A stretch of 64,000 nt of DNA, taken from a virus. Positions 18,420-27,087 of this stretch are shown in pieces. Both the position numbers and the translations under genes were made by a program. Numbering within the stretch: position 1 is the stretch's first letter; each line of letters begins with the position of its first letter. The notes under the pieces were generated by a model. The model did no database searches, was not told the origin of the DNA, and saw nothing but the letters and a program-made list of their open reading frames with translations. Location: IMG/VR virus record IMGVR_UViG_3300030493_000012, one strand, 5' to 3'.

Positions 18420-20501
18420 TCAAGCATTATCTTTGATATACTTTTGCAACTCTTTAATAACATTTTCTGTAGTATCAACATACTGACAAAGAGCATGAGA
18501 ATAGAAATCAAACAAAGGATATTTCAGCCGCAACTTAACTATTTCAGCCGCGAAATCAACATTTGGCTCTGGCAACGTAACCGTCTTGCCGGTAATTCGT
18601 TGCAAATCACCCAATATAGAAATCAAATTGTCAAGGTTATTAATTACCGTGGTTTTATTGGCTTCCGCAACCAAATCATCAATCTGGCTATCAAGACCAA
18701 CAAAATCTTTTAGATGATTAATAAACTTGGACTCATTATTTGAAAGATCACTCCACTTTTTGTAATTGACAATTTTCTGAATTTCTGGACTATTTTTAAC
18801 AAAGTTTTCCAATTCCGTATGCAGATAAGAAAACAAGCTTTCCATATTGGGGTTTTTGGCCAACTTTTTGACCGCAGGCTTAGTATAAATCCCAAATATA
18901 TCATTAGGAAGGCTGATTCCCAAACACTTAAGTTTGTCTTTTAGTTCCGAAAATTGATAATCAGAAATACTCTCGCCATCACTAATCATGCCATAATGAT
19001 GCTTTTTGTAGCTTTGCAATACAATGTAATAGCCCGAATCATTCAGAATATCTAACTCACAAGGTTGCATTGCATTATAATAATTCCTTGCGCCGTCATA
19101 CTTATAACACTTAATAGTTTCAGTTCTATTATAAGACAATTTTTCGTCCTGCAAACTTGAGATTAAAATATAAGGATAAGAATCAAAGCCAGAATCTTTG
19201 GCCCAAGCATCAAACTTTGCCTTGTCAGTATATTCAATCAAACGTACCGGACTGCCTGAATTGATTGTGGAGCGCAACCGATTGGTCATTTTTTGCGGCT
19301 CAATATCTTTGACTACATATTTTATGCTAGGCCCAAAATCTAAATAACTATTGACATGAGCTTTGAGCTTAGTTTTGCCTTTGAAATAAATTTCTGAAAC
19401 AGTAATTCCTGGCGCAACATCCAGATGCCAAACATGAATTGTCTTGTTATGCCAAGTAATTTGACCGCCAGAACAGAATGACTCCATTAGGTACTTAAAA
19501 TTCGTACTTTTAATTTCGTTATAAAGACAGTGAACCTCATAAACAGTAGAACACTTTTCAAACTTATCCAAAATATGTTTTTCTACTTCTTGGGCAATAG
19601 AGTTGAGTTTTAAAGCAATATTTTTTGTAGTCCTTTCGTCATAGGAAAGACCTTCCCGGCCAGCATTAACATCCAAATCGCCAATTTTAAAAATAATCTG
19701 AATATCAGTGTCCAGCAATTTGGAACCAGCATCGGTCAAATCAGAAGAATGCCTAACTACGGATTTATCAACAGGATAAGAATAACACCCCATGATGGCA
19801 GTAACAGTTTTCGAGCTATAATAGTCAGACTTAAAAACTTTCCAGTCCGCGCCTTCCAAAATTACAGGTTTGTCAACAATATTAATTCGTGCGCCGGTAA
19901 TTTTAGGACGAGGATTAAAATATTGATAGATTTCAGCGGCTTTTTGTTGAAATTGACTATGGAATTGTACTGGGATTGAAATTTTTACTTCAAACCCTTG
20001 CGGTTCTTGGCTTTCTGATTCGCCAAGGAACATGATTTGAGGAATTCCATTGCTACCTTTAAATACTTGGTATGAACGCTTTTTGTTATCAAGAAAACAA
20101 GTGCAAACAAAGTTATCGGCAAATACCAACGATACCAATCGGCCCGCCCCGATGCTCCCAGCCACTTCATTACTTTTGTTTTTAGTCGAATAAAAAGCCT
20201 GAGTATAATTATTCATCATAAACTCGTGGCTCATACTTATTCCGTAATCTCTCACTTTTAGAAATGATTCAAAAGAATTCGGAACGTGGCATTCGATTGG
20301 AACATCACGCTTTCCAGCTTCAATATGTGAATCAAGCGCATTAGCACTCAATTCTCGAATAATAGCAGTAACCTTGTCTGAATAAATATTTGAAATTAGA
20401 ATATTAAAACTCTTGGCGTTAGCTTTAATTGTAAACTCGCCTTCAATAAGGTTGCCCGTGCCAATCTTCTCAATCTCAATTTCTGGTTGGTATGTAATCA
20501 T
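18420..20501 (-). CDS. rIIA: rIIA-like protein (GHKL/Hsp90-like ATPase N-domain)
   Basis: IYSDKVTAIIRELSANALDSH, VRDYGISMS, FYSTK, GSIGAGRL, GFEVKI, LDVNAGREGLSYD. Confidence 0.85.
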   Translation of the reverse strand: MITYQPEIEIEKIGTGNLIEGEFTIKANAKSFNILISNIYSDKVTAIIRELSANALDSHIEAGKRDVPIECHVPNSFESFLKVRDYGISMSHEFMMNNYTQAFYSTKNKSNEVAGSIGAGRLVSLVFADNFVCTCFLDNKKRSYQVFKGSNGIPQIMFLGESESQEPQGFEVKISIPVQFHSQFQQKAAEIYQYFNPRPKITGARINIVDKPVILEGADWKVFKSDYYSSKTVTAIMGCYSYPVDKSVVRHSSDLTDAGSKLLDTDIQIIFKIGDLDVNAGREGLSYDERTTKNIALKLNSIAQEVEKHILDKFEKCSTVYEVHCLYNEIKSTNFKYLMESFCSGGQITWHNKTIHVWHLDVAPGITVSEIYFKGKTKLKAHVNSYLDFGPSIKYVVKDIEPQKMTNRLRSTINSGSPVRLIEYTDKAKFDAWAKDSGFDSYPYILISSLQDEKLSYNRTETIKCYKYDGARNYYNAMQPCELDILNDSGYYIVLQSYKKHHYGMISDGESISDYQFSELKDKLKCLGISLPNDIFGIYTKPAVKKLAKNPNMESLFSYLHTELENFVKNSPEIQKIVNYKKWSDLSNNESKFINHLKDFVGLDSQIDDLVAEANKTTVINNLDNLISILGDLQRITGKTVTLPEPNVDFAAEIVKLRLKYPLFDFYSHALCQYVDTTENVIKELQKYIKDNA

Positions 20502-20557
20502 GTTTTAAGTATTTATTTTATTGCAGAAGTTGTCAAGTATTCTATGATACTTTATAT

Positions 20558-20627
20558 TGGCGAGCGCGGTAGGATTTGTCCTACATTTCTTTGGCCATTT
20601 TTGCGTCCTTACTTAGACGACACGCTC
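20558..20627 (-). tRNA. Degenerate tRNA-like RNA (Glu-like D-arm) lacking an anticodon stem
   Basis: Acceptor GAGCGTG/CGCGCTC + G-CCA; D-stem GTCT/GGAC; T-stem GTAGG/CCTAC with 6-nt loop ACAAAT; no pairing in the anticodon region. Confidence 0.6.
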
Positions 20628-20635
20628 ATTAAAAA

Positions 20636-20668
20636 GAAGCGTTAAAGGAATTGAACCTTTTCTACCAT
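20636..20668 (-). pseudogene. 3' part of tRNA-His-like gene interrupted by IS605
   Basis: ATGGTAGA-AAAGG-TTCAATT-CCTTT-AACGCTT-C (D-loop end, T-arm, acceptor 3' strand, C73). Confidence 0.65.
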
Positions 20669-20760
20669 AAATTTTTGTTCCAAAGGGGACACCGGAATTT
20701 ATTCCGGTGGTGAATTTGGATGTTGTTTGCTTTTTCAAGTTTTTAGTGTAATATAGATTG

Positions 20761-21171
20761 ATGGATGATAAATTAAACAAAATAACCAGAAAGCACGGTA
20801 AGCATACGGCTTACAATCTCAATTATTATATCGTTTTCTGTCCGAAATACCGGAAAAGTGTTCTCGTCGGTGATATAGCGATTCATACTGAAGAAATCAT
20901 ACGGCATATTGCGGATAAAGTCAACGTAAAAATCGAAAATTTAACGGTTGCGCCTGACCATGTTCGTGTTTTTCTGTCTGCGCCACCTAGATTATCACCG
21001 CAATCTATCGTCAAACGTCTTAAAGGAGCTACCGCCAACATCTTACGCCAAAAATATCCTCAACTTTTACGGTTGCCAACTTTATGGTCTAGCTCGTATT
21101 ATGTGTGTACGGTTGGCTCTGTATCTGATTCGGTAGTAAGTCTTTATATCGAAAACCAGCGTGGCAAATGA
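20761..21171 (+). CDS. tnpA: Y1 HUH transposase TnpA (HUH motif reads H-V-R, possibly inactive)
   Basis: NLNYYIVFCPKYRKSVL...APDHVRVF...KRLKG...LWSSSYYVCTVG. Confidence 0.9.
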   Translation: MDDKLNKITRKHGKHTAYNLNYYIVFCPKYRKSVLVGDIAIHTEEIIRHIADKVNVKIENLTVAPDHVRVFLSAPPRLSPQSIVKRLKGATANILRQKYPQLLRLPTLWSSSYYVCTVGSVSDSVVSLYIENQRGK

Positions 21172-22292
21172 TAACCTACAAGTTTCGCATCTTTCCAACC
21201 AGAAAACAAATGGCGATTCTCGCCAAGATGGAAGACGCGCATCTTAATCTTTACAATACCGCACTCGCCGAAAAGAACGACCAATACGAGAAAACCAAAA
21301 AATCTGATTCCGTATTTACGCAAATTAAACGATTTGTTCCGGCAGTTAAACAAACCGAAAACGGCAAGCTTTGCAATTATAGCTCGCTCCAGCAAACCAT
21401 CAGACGCCTTCACAAGAGTTTTAATGCTATCTATAACCGCAGAGGCGGTAAACCGCGTTTTAAAAAGACCGTTCCTCTCGAATACAGTACTTATGGAGAT
21501 GGCTGGAAAATAGTTAACGATAGTCTGCGTATTCAGAATGTTGGTTTTATTTCTCTCAAAACACACCGGCCAATTGACGGTAAAATTAAGAGTTTAGTAG
21601 TCAAGAAAAACGGAGACAAATTTTATGCTTGCGTTGCTTGCAAACGTATTTCCGCTCCGTTAAAACAGACAAACAAGGCTGTCGGCATAGATTTCGGTCT
21701 CAAAACGTTTTTAACAATGTCAGACGGTGAAAAAGTCGAGCACTCTTTACCGTTAAAGCGTTCGTTAAAGAATATCGCCAAAATTCACCGCCAAATCAAG
21801 AAAGCAGTCGAGTCTAAATCGGCTCGCAAAGAGAAACTAAAACGCAAAGCTTTACGTTTAACTTACGAAAAAACCAAGAATCGTCGGCTCGATTTCGCGC
21901 ATAAACTAAGCCGTAAAATCGTCAACGAAAACTCTTTTATAGCGGTTGAAGACCTCAATCTGCGAGGCTTGACGACCGGAATAAAGAACATCAACCGCAA
22001 ATATTCCGATGTCGCAGTCGGCATGTTCTATGATTTACTCGCCTACAAGGCTGAAAGTGCTGGTAGGCAATTCGTTCGCGTTAATCCAAAGAATACGTCT
22101 CAGGCGTGTTGCAAATGCGGAAAATTAGCCGGTCTAACTCTTAAAGACCGAGAAATTGTCTGTGATTGCGGACATTCCGAAGACCGTGATATTAACGCCG
22201 CCAAGAATATCTTGGCTTTAGGATTAAAAACCGTAGGACTATACGGTTCGTTAGAACTGAGTGCAAACTTGGTTCAAACCAGAAGCTCCTGA
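21168..22292 (+). CDS. tnpB: TnpB RNA-guided endonuclease with RuvC triad apparently intact
   Basis: TYKFRIFPT; VGIDFGLK (D); AVEDLN (E); CCKCG...CDCG zinc finger; DRDINAAKNI (D). Confidence 0.95.
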   Translation: MITYKFRIFPTRKQMAILAKMEDAHLNLYNTALAEKNDQYEKTKKSDSVFTQIKRFVPAVKQTENGKLCNYSSLQQTIRRLHKSFNAIYNRRGGKPRFKKTVPLEYSTYGDGWKIVNDSLRIQNVGFISLKTHRPIDGKIKSLVVKKNGDKFYACVACKRISAPLKQTNKAVGIDFGLKTFLTMSDGEKVEHSLPLKRSLKNIAKIHRQIKKAVESKSARKEKLKRKALRLTYEKTKNRRLDFAHKLSRKIVNENSFIAVEDLNLRGLTTGIKNINRKYSDVAVGMFYDLLAYKAESAGRQFVRVNPKNTSQACCKCGKLAGLTLKDREIVCDCGHSEDRDINAAKNILALGLKTVGLYGSLELSANLVQTRSS

Positions 22293-22334
22293 ATTTATTC
22301 AGGAGAGTAGTCACTACACTAAACGCTTCGCAAA
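22150..22334 (+). ncRNA. Predicted TnpB omega/reRNA; guide = flank TACACTAAACGCTTCGCAAA (5' boundary approximate)
   Basis: Established for IS605 TnpB: scaffold overlaps tnpB 3' end and RE hairpin, guide is the sequence after the RE (TCAC at 22311-22314). Confidence 0.55.
22315..22329 (-). pseudogene. 5' part of tRNA-His-like gene interrupted by IS605
   Basis: G-AAGCGTT-TA-GTGT-A; pairs with AACGCTT-C at 20636-20643. Confidence 0.65.
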
Positions 22335-22389
22335 ACTGCTGGTTTTAATATTTAACATTGTCAAGGCCAGCACCTATTTTCAGACAGGC

Positions 22390-23340
22390 TCAAGCATCAA
22401 CCTTTATAATGCTCAAAATTTTATCCCACTTAAAAGACCTTACTCCATGCCCAAAAGCGTAACAATTAACCTTATTTTCGTCACGGTCAATCGCTCCTGA
22501 GACTGTGTACATTTCATTATATCCATCCTTTTGATACAGGATTTCGTACCTTTCAACATCACCTAACGCCAGTTTTAAAGCTTGATTGTCAATTTTCATA
22601 TTTTGATTATTACTCTTTTCCCCATAATTGTCAACATTAAAATCAAAAACTTTCTTCTTCAAAATCACAGAGTCGGCAAATACTGTTCCTTTAAATGGTT
22701 TCTTTCCAAACACATAAGCATAAGGATGTTGAGACTCAATAATCTCACATTCGAAAATTAAAATTCCATCCTTGGCATTTTCTGTTTTTGCGTCTTCATA
22801 ATCATAATTTACATAATTAACCGCTGATTCCAAAGAGTCAAAACAAAATAATGGTTTCAAAACATCGTCAGTAAGAGTTTCCTTCCCAACAAAATATTCC
22901 TTGTGTCCGGATTTATCCGAGCAACAGGAGAAAAATTGGCCTGAATTATAGCTCATTAATTGTCCATTATAAGAGCGAACAATCTTAAACGCCTTCTTTG
23001 TCTTTCCGGCTTCTCGAATTAGCTTGACTCTTGAGGCCAAAACAGTTCCAATCTTCTCTTGGGCTAAATTATGATGCACTGGCTCTACATATCCTAAATA
23101 TGGCGTATATTCACATTCGTAAATTGGATAATGAATACTATCGGCCCAATGACATTCGTTTTTAAGAAACATCGCGGCATGTTCTAAGGTGTCGAATACA
23201 AAAATAGGACTATTTTCTGATACTGTCCACTTTTTGGTGCTGTATTTCAGATAATTCTCTCCGTCTAAATCACTAATATTAGAAGTTGTAAACGAGCACA
23301 ACACATTACCAATTTTTCGGACTATTTTATAGGCTTTCAT
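22390..23340 (-). CDS. Paralog family X, tandem two-domain member
   Basis: AYKIV...IFVFDTLEHA...IYECEY...VLASRVKLIRE, then AFKIV...LFCFDSLESA...IFECEI...GTVFADSVILKKKV. Confidence 0.75.
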   Translation of the reverse strand: MKAYKIVRKIGNVLCSFTTSNISDLDGENYLKYSTKKWTVSENSPIFVFDTLEHAAMFLKNECHWADSIHYPIYECEYTPYLGYVEPVHHNLAQEKIGTVLASRVKLIREAGKTKKAFKIVRSYNGQLMSYNSGQFFSCCSDKSGHKEYFVGKETLTDDVLKPLFCFDSLESAVNYVNYDYEDAKTENAKDGILIFECEIIESQHPYAYVFGKKPFKGTVFADSVILKKKVFDFNVDNYGEKSNNQNMKIDNQALKLALGDVERYEILYQKDGYNEMYTVSGAIDRDENKVNCYAFGHGVRSFKWDKILSIIKVDA

Positions 23341-23540
23341 ATTTTATAAGTTTTTTCAAGTTTTCCGCTTAATTCCATATTATGTTCACGGCAATAATTT
23401 TCGGCACATTGCCAGTTTTGTTCATAAATCGTTATGCTAAAAGTTCTGCCGCGAAATTTATAATAAGCAATAAACATCAGCAAAGAACTTGGCTCTTCTT
23501 GTCCGTCATTACCAAGAATCTGATTAAGTCTATTCATTGT

Positions 23541-23927
23541 CTAGAGTTTTAACTTTTCCAGCTTTTTTGTCAATGTAATTTCGGAACAAAAATTTGATAT
23601 ATCAACAATATGGCGAACTCTATTAAATATACAGCGCGAAATTTGGTCAACCCTATCTACTTGACATTCAAAAGCTTCTAATGGTTTATTAGGTCTGGAA
23701 TAGACGGAAGCATCATAAATTGCTTGCTCAGCATTCTCATAAATAAATAAATCTTTATTATCATCTGGCGCGTCATTTGAGGCGCAAGTTTTTTGTCCGA
23801 TTTTATATTCAACAAAATACCAAGGTTTTAGTCCTGTATTTACATAAATTAGATAGTCATTAAAATACATCTGAGAAGAAAAATATCTTCCGGCGTAAAC
23901 AGAAACAACTTTGTAGGCGGTCTTCAT
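23541..23927 (-). CDS. Paralog family X member
   Basis: AYKVV...VEYKIG...LFIYENAEQA...AFECQV...NFCSEITLTKKL. Confidence 0.65.
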   Translation of the reverse strand: MKTAYKVVSVYAGRYFSSQMYFNDYLIYVNTGLKPWYFVEYKIGQKTCASNDAPDDNKDLFIYENAEQAIYDASVYSRPNKPLEAFECQVDRVDQISRCIFNRVRHIVDISNFCSEITLTKKLEKLKL

Positions 23928-23933
23928 TTTTTA

Positions 23934-23962
23934 ATTCTAAACTTTCGGAACATTAAAGTCAA
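23934..23962 (-). promoter_or_regulatory. Leaderless promoter with TTCCGAA in spacer; 25 bp identical to 11558-11582
   Basis: TTGACT-N17-TAGAAT-N6-ATG(23927). Confidence 0.75.
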
Positions 23963-24349
23963 TACTCAATTTCTTTAAACACAACGGCCTTAAAAACCTC
24001 TGCGACTAGCTGTTTATAAACACTTTGAGCCTTTTTAAGAGGCATTTGTTTGGAATTTCCAACTTTGTAATAATTGTCGCCCGATTGAAGGTGAAAACGA
24101 TTATATACACAATCGTTATAATAAAAACGTGGCCTAAATTTATCTTCCAAATGCAATCTTAATGCGTGTTTTGCTTTATCAATACTGTAGAATAACGACT
24201 TTCTAGAATTGAGTTTAATAGGTTTTCCGTTTAGCAAAATAATTACTAACTTAGTTCCTTTTAACTCTTTGTCTTTAAGAGTCGCAAAGGCTTGTTTTTT
24301 AAGGTTTGTAATATCCATAATTTTAGGATAATCTTTATAAACAACAAAG

Positions 24350-24583
24350 TCAACTAGAAATTCTCCTAAATTTCAATCTCCACAATAAATCTTCAATAGC
24401 ATCAGCGGCGTTTTTGATTTTCTTTTCTTTCTTGTTCGGGAATAAAAGATGTAATGATTCGTGAATTGCGGTATTAAGCATCCTCTTTGCTGGCAAGCCC
24501 GACTCGACAATAATCATGTCATTTTTGCCGTGGTTAATAAGAGCCACGCCATAAGCCTTGCTAAGTTTTATTTTCTTTATCAT
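24350..24583 (-). CDS. Small HExxH (zincin-like) protein
   Basis: LNTAIHESLHLLFP. Confidence 0.5.
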   Translation of the reverse strand: MIKKIKLSKAYGVALINHGKNDMIIVESGLPAKRMLNTAIHESLHLLFPNKKEKKIKNAADAIEDLLWRLKFRRISS

Positions 24584-24881
24584 CTTTATTTAGAAATTCA
24601 GCAATTATATCGCCGTGACACTTTCCCGGCTTACAAAAACAACCTAGAACTTTATCTTTCAAGGCTAAAATTCTTTGTTTGTATTGTTTATCATTTTCTA
24701 TTCTTGAATAAAAGTCAACCTTAAAAGCGGCAATTGCCTCTGCTCTGGTATGAATTTTCTTACAGATGGGGCAATATCTATCTACAGGATGCTTGTTTCC
24801 AAAATAACCATCTTTGCCATGACCGGGTCGGCCAATATAAACATCGTATTTTTCAAAATTAAGATTTACAACCTTGGTCAT
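24561..24881 (-). CDS. DUF4326-family protein
   Basis: YDVYIGRPG...YFGN...RAEAIAAF...LKDKVLGCFCKPGKCHGDII. Confidence 0.8.
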   Translation of the reverse strand: MTKVVNLNFEKYDVYIGRPGHGKDGYFGNKHPVDRYCPICKKIHTRAEAIAAFKVDFYSRIENDKQYKQRILALKDKVLGCFCKPGKCHGDIIAEFLNKDDKENKT

Positions 24882-25245
24882 TTTTAGCCTCTGTAATTGG
24901 TTGAGCAGGAGCATCTTCAATGATAATTAGCTTTTCTTCCTTTGGTTTAGCCCACACATTAGTTTTTGGGTCTAAAACAACCAAAGATACACTTACCTTC
25001 TGGTCGCCAGTTAGGTTTTGGCCATAGAATAGGAAGTCTTCTGGCTTGTGTTTAATGCTTTCAAATACGTTTTTTTCGTTTTCTAAGCAATCTTCTGGAA
25101 TCTCATATTCCCGAACGATATTGTATTGATAACGGATTTTAACAGTTTTAGTTTTCATTATCTAAGAATAGTGCTTTTCGTAACGAAAGTCAAGAAATTT
25201 GCAAAAAAATACAGTAAGTTGCCAACATGCAGTGTAATATACAGT

Positions 25246-26271
25246 ATGAAAAAATGTTATAAGTGCAAACAGGAAAAGGAATTAAATGAATTTTATAATT
25301 GCAAGAGCCAGCCAGACGGAAAGCAACAAAAATGCAAAGAGTGCTTTAAGATATTCGGAAAAATACAAAATGAGAGAAAACATCAATTAGGTATTTTTAA
25401 ATATTATAATCATATTTTATCTAAAGAAGAAAAGTCGCAAATAGTTAAAGAGTACGCAGAAAATCATCTTTCAACGAAGTTAATTGCTGAGAAATTCAAA
25501 ACGAATACCACGACTGTATTAAGGCTATTGAAAAAAAATAATATAAAAATTGATAGATTAAATTGTCAACGCAAATATAAAATAATTAATATAAACTATT
25601 TTGACAACATAGATACTGAGGATAGGGCATATTTCTTGGGGCTATTGTGGGCTGATGGCTGTAATTATAAAGTAGATGGCAAAGCGCATCAAATTGTTAT
25701 TCATTTGCAAAACAGAGACAGACATATTCTTGAAGAATTTGCTACCAAGATTTATGGAGATACAAAAATTTTGTCAATTAGAAAGAAAAAAGACGAAAGA
25801 TGCCAATTAATGTGTTGCTTTAGAATACCTAATAAATATATCTCTGATGTATTATTTGAGCACGGGATGGTTCCAAGAAAAAGTTTGATAGTTGATTGGC
25901 CTAAAAACCTGCCGGAAAACATGATTAAGCATTTTATTCGTGGTGAATATGATGGCGATGGCGGAATAAGTTATAATTCTAATTCAAAAAATTATGAGGT
26001 TATGTTTATAGGAAGCGTTCTTTTTATCAGTAAGCTTCAAAACTATCTAAATAAAGAACTTAATGATAATTTTAGCCTGAAAATAGAAAAGAAAAAATTC
26101 TCAGTTCCAATGGCTTATTTAAGAATACATGGCAATCTTAAATGTAAAAAATTCCTAGACTGGCTTTATGATGGCGCGAAAACAAAACTAGACCGAAAAT
26201 ACCAGAGGTATCTCAGTCTATGTGAGTTAGTTCAAAAACTACATCCAGAATTAGGCGCAAAACCTGCCTAG
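25246..26271 (+). CDS. Free-standing two-motif LAGLIDADG homing endonuclease with N-terminal zinc ribbon/HTH (start revised to 25246)
   Basis: RAYFLGLLWADG and HFIRGEYDGDGGI; KKCYKC...KCKEC; GTGTAATAT-N5-ATG. Confidence 0.85.
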   Translation: MKKCYKCKQEKELNEFYNCKSQPDGKQQKCKECFKIFGKIQNERKHQLGIFKYYNHILSKEEKSQIVKEYAENHLSTKLIAEKFKTNTTTVLRLLKKNNIKIDRLNCQRKYKIININYFDNIDTEDRAYFLGLLWADGCNYKVDGKAHQIVIHLQNRDRHILEEFATKIYGDTKILSIRKKKDERCQLMCCFRIPNKYISDVLFEHGMVPRKSLIVDWPKNLPENMIKHFIRGEYDGDGGISYNSNSKNYEVMFIGSVLFISKLQNYLNKELNDNFSLKIEKKKFSVPMAYLRIHGNLKCKKFLDWLYDGAKTKLDRKYQRYLSLCELVQKLHPELGAKPA

Positions 26272-27087
26272 TGAATCACGCTTATTGTGATAATGAATTT
26301 GCTTTACCGTTTCCTCTGGCAGACTAGCTTGATTTGCCGCTGAATTACTGGTAAAACACCATCCGTTGTTTCGCACTTCTTGTACCGTTCCAATATGAGA
26401 AATTACCTCATATTCGCAACAGCGCAGCTTTTGATAACTATGGTCGGCAGGACAACTGCAAACGTTTTTCGGGTCTATTTTTACTAAAACCACCATAGAA
26501 TCATTGTCGCCATATTGCATGATATAAATTTGACTTCCCGCATGAAATCCGACGTGACAGCCAACATTACTATCATCGCTTACTTCTGTACGTGGCATTT
26601 TAGCAACCGCGCCAATATCATGCTTGAAAGTTTTGCCGGTGAATTTATCCCACAAATCAGGATTAACAGCCTTCATCGCCAAAAAACAACCATCGTCAGT
26701 TACAGGGAACTTGTATCGCTCAATATAGCTCCAAAGTTGCTCGCGACTCTTAAAAGAAGGATTCTCCATCAAATTATCCAAAAACCGACACAGCGGTTGA
26801 ATATCAAAACCCTCGCGCTTAAACTCAATAATCTTGTCACACACAGCATTATTAATAGCCTTTCCTTTATACAAAACCTCTCCATCAACAATCTGAACAT
26901 TAGTTCCTTGCATCTTGGTATTCAAGGATTTAGCTACGTTGACCAAATCATCAATAAGATGATAAGCCTTATCCTTAATGGCCTGTTTAATAGCCTTAAA
27001 ATTAGGATGTGAATCATCCACGGTGAAAGGCTGGCTGTTAAAATATCCAGCAATCCAGTTTTTACCAATTGTAAACGCATTATTCAT
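26251..27087 (-). CDS. rIIB: rIIB-like protein
   Basis: PLCRFLDNLMENPS...QLWSYIE...VTDDGCFLAMKAV...GFHAGS...VKIDPKNVCSCP...KLRCCEYEV; C-terminal YHNKRDSLGRF. Confidence 0.85.
   Translation of the reverse strand: MNNAFTIGKNWIAGYFNSQPFTVDDSHPNFKAIKQAIKDKAYHLIDDLVNVAKSLNTKMQGTNVQIVDGEVLYKGKAINNAVCDKIIEFKREGFDIQPLCRFLDNLMENPSFKSREQLWSYIERYKFPVTDDGCFLAMKAVNPDLWDKFTGKTFKHDIGAVAKMPRTEVSDDSNVGCHVGFHAGSQIYIMQYGDNDSMVVLVKIDPKNVCSCPADHSYQKLRCCEYEVISHIGTVQEVRNNGWCFTSNSAANQASLPEETVKQIHYHNKRDSLGRFCA

Larger units (their letters stand above)
20669..22314 (+). mobile_element. IS200/IS605-family insertion sequence (tnpA+tnpB), 1646 bp
   Basis: LE hairpin CACCGGAAT-TT-ATTCCGGTG (20690-20709) with GGGA guide and CCAT target at 20665-20668; RE hairpin CTCCTGAAT-TT-ATTCAGGAG (22286-22305) with GAAG guide and terminal TCAC. 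Confidence 0.9.

Noticed and set aside
21144-21566. Minus-strand ORF inside the IS
   Set aside because: Shadow of tnpB
21168-22292. TnpB as a Cas12 effector
   Set aside because: 374 aa, flanked by tnpA and IS605 end hairpins, with no CRISPR array
22336-22364. Standard promoter for the tRNA-like pair
   Set aside because: TTGACA is present at 22359-22364, but the hexamer 17 nt away is CAGCAG; transcription may come by read-through instead
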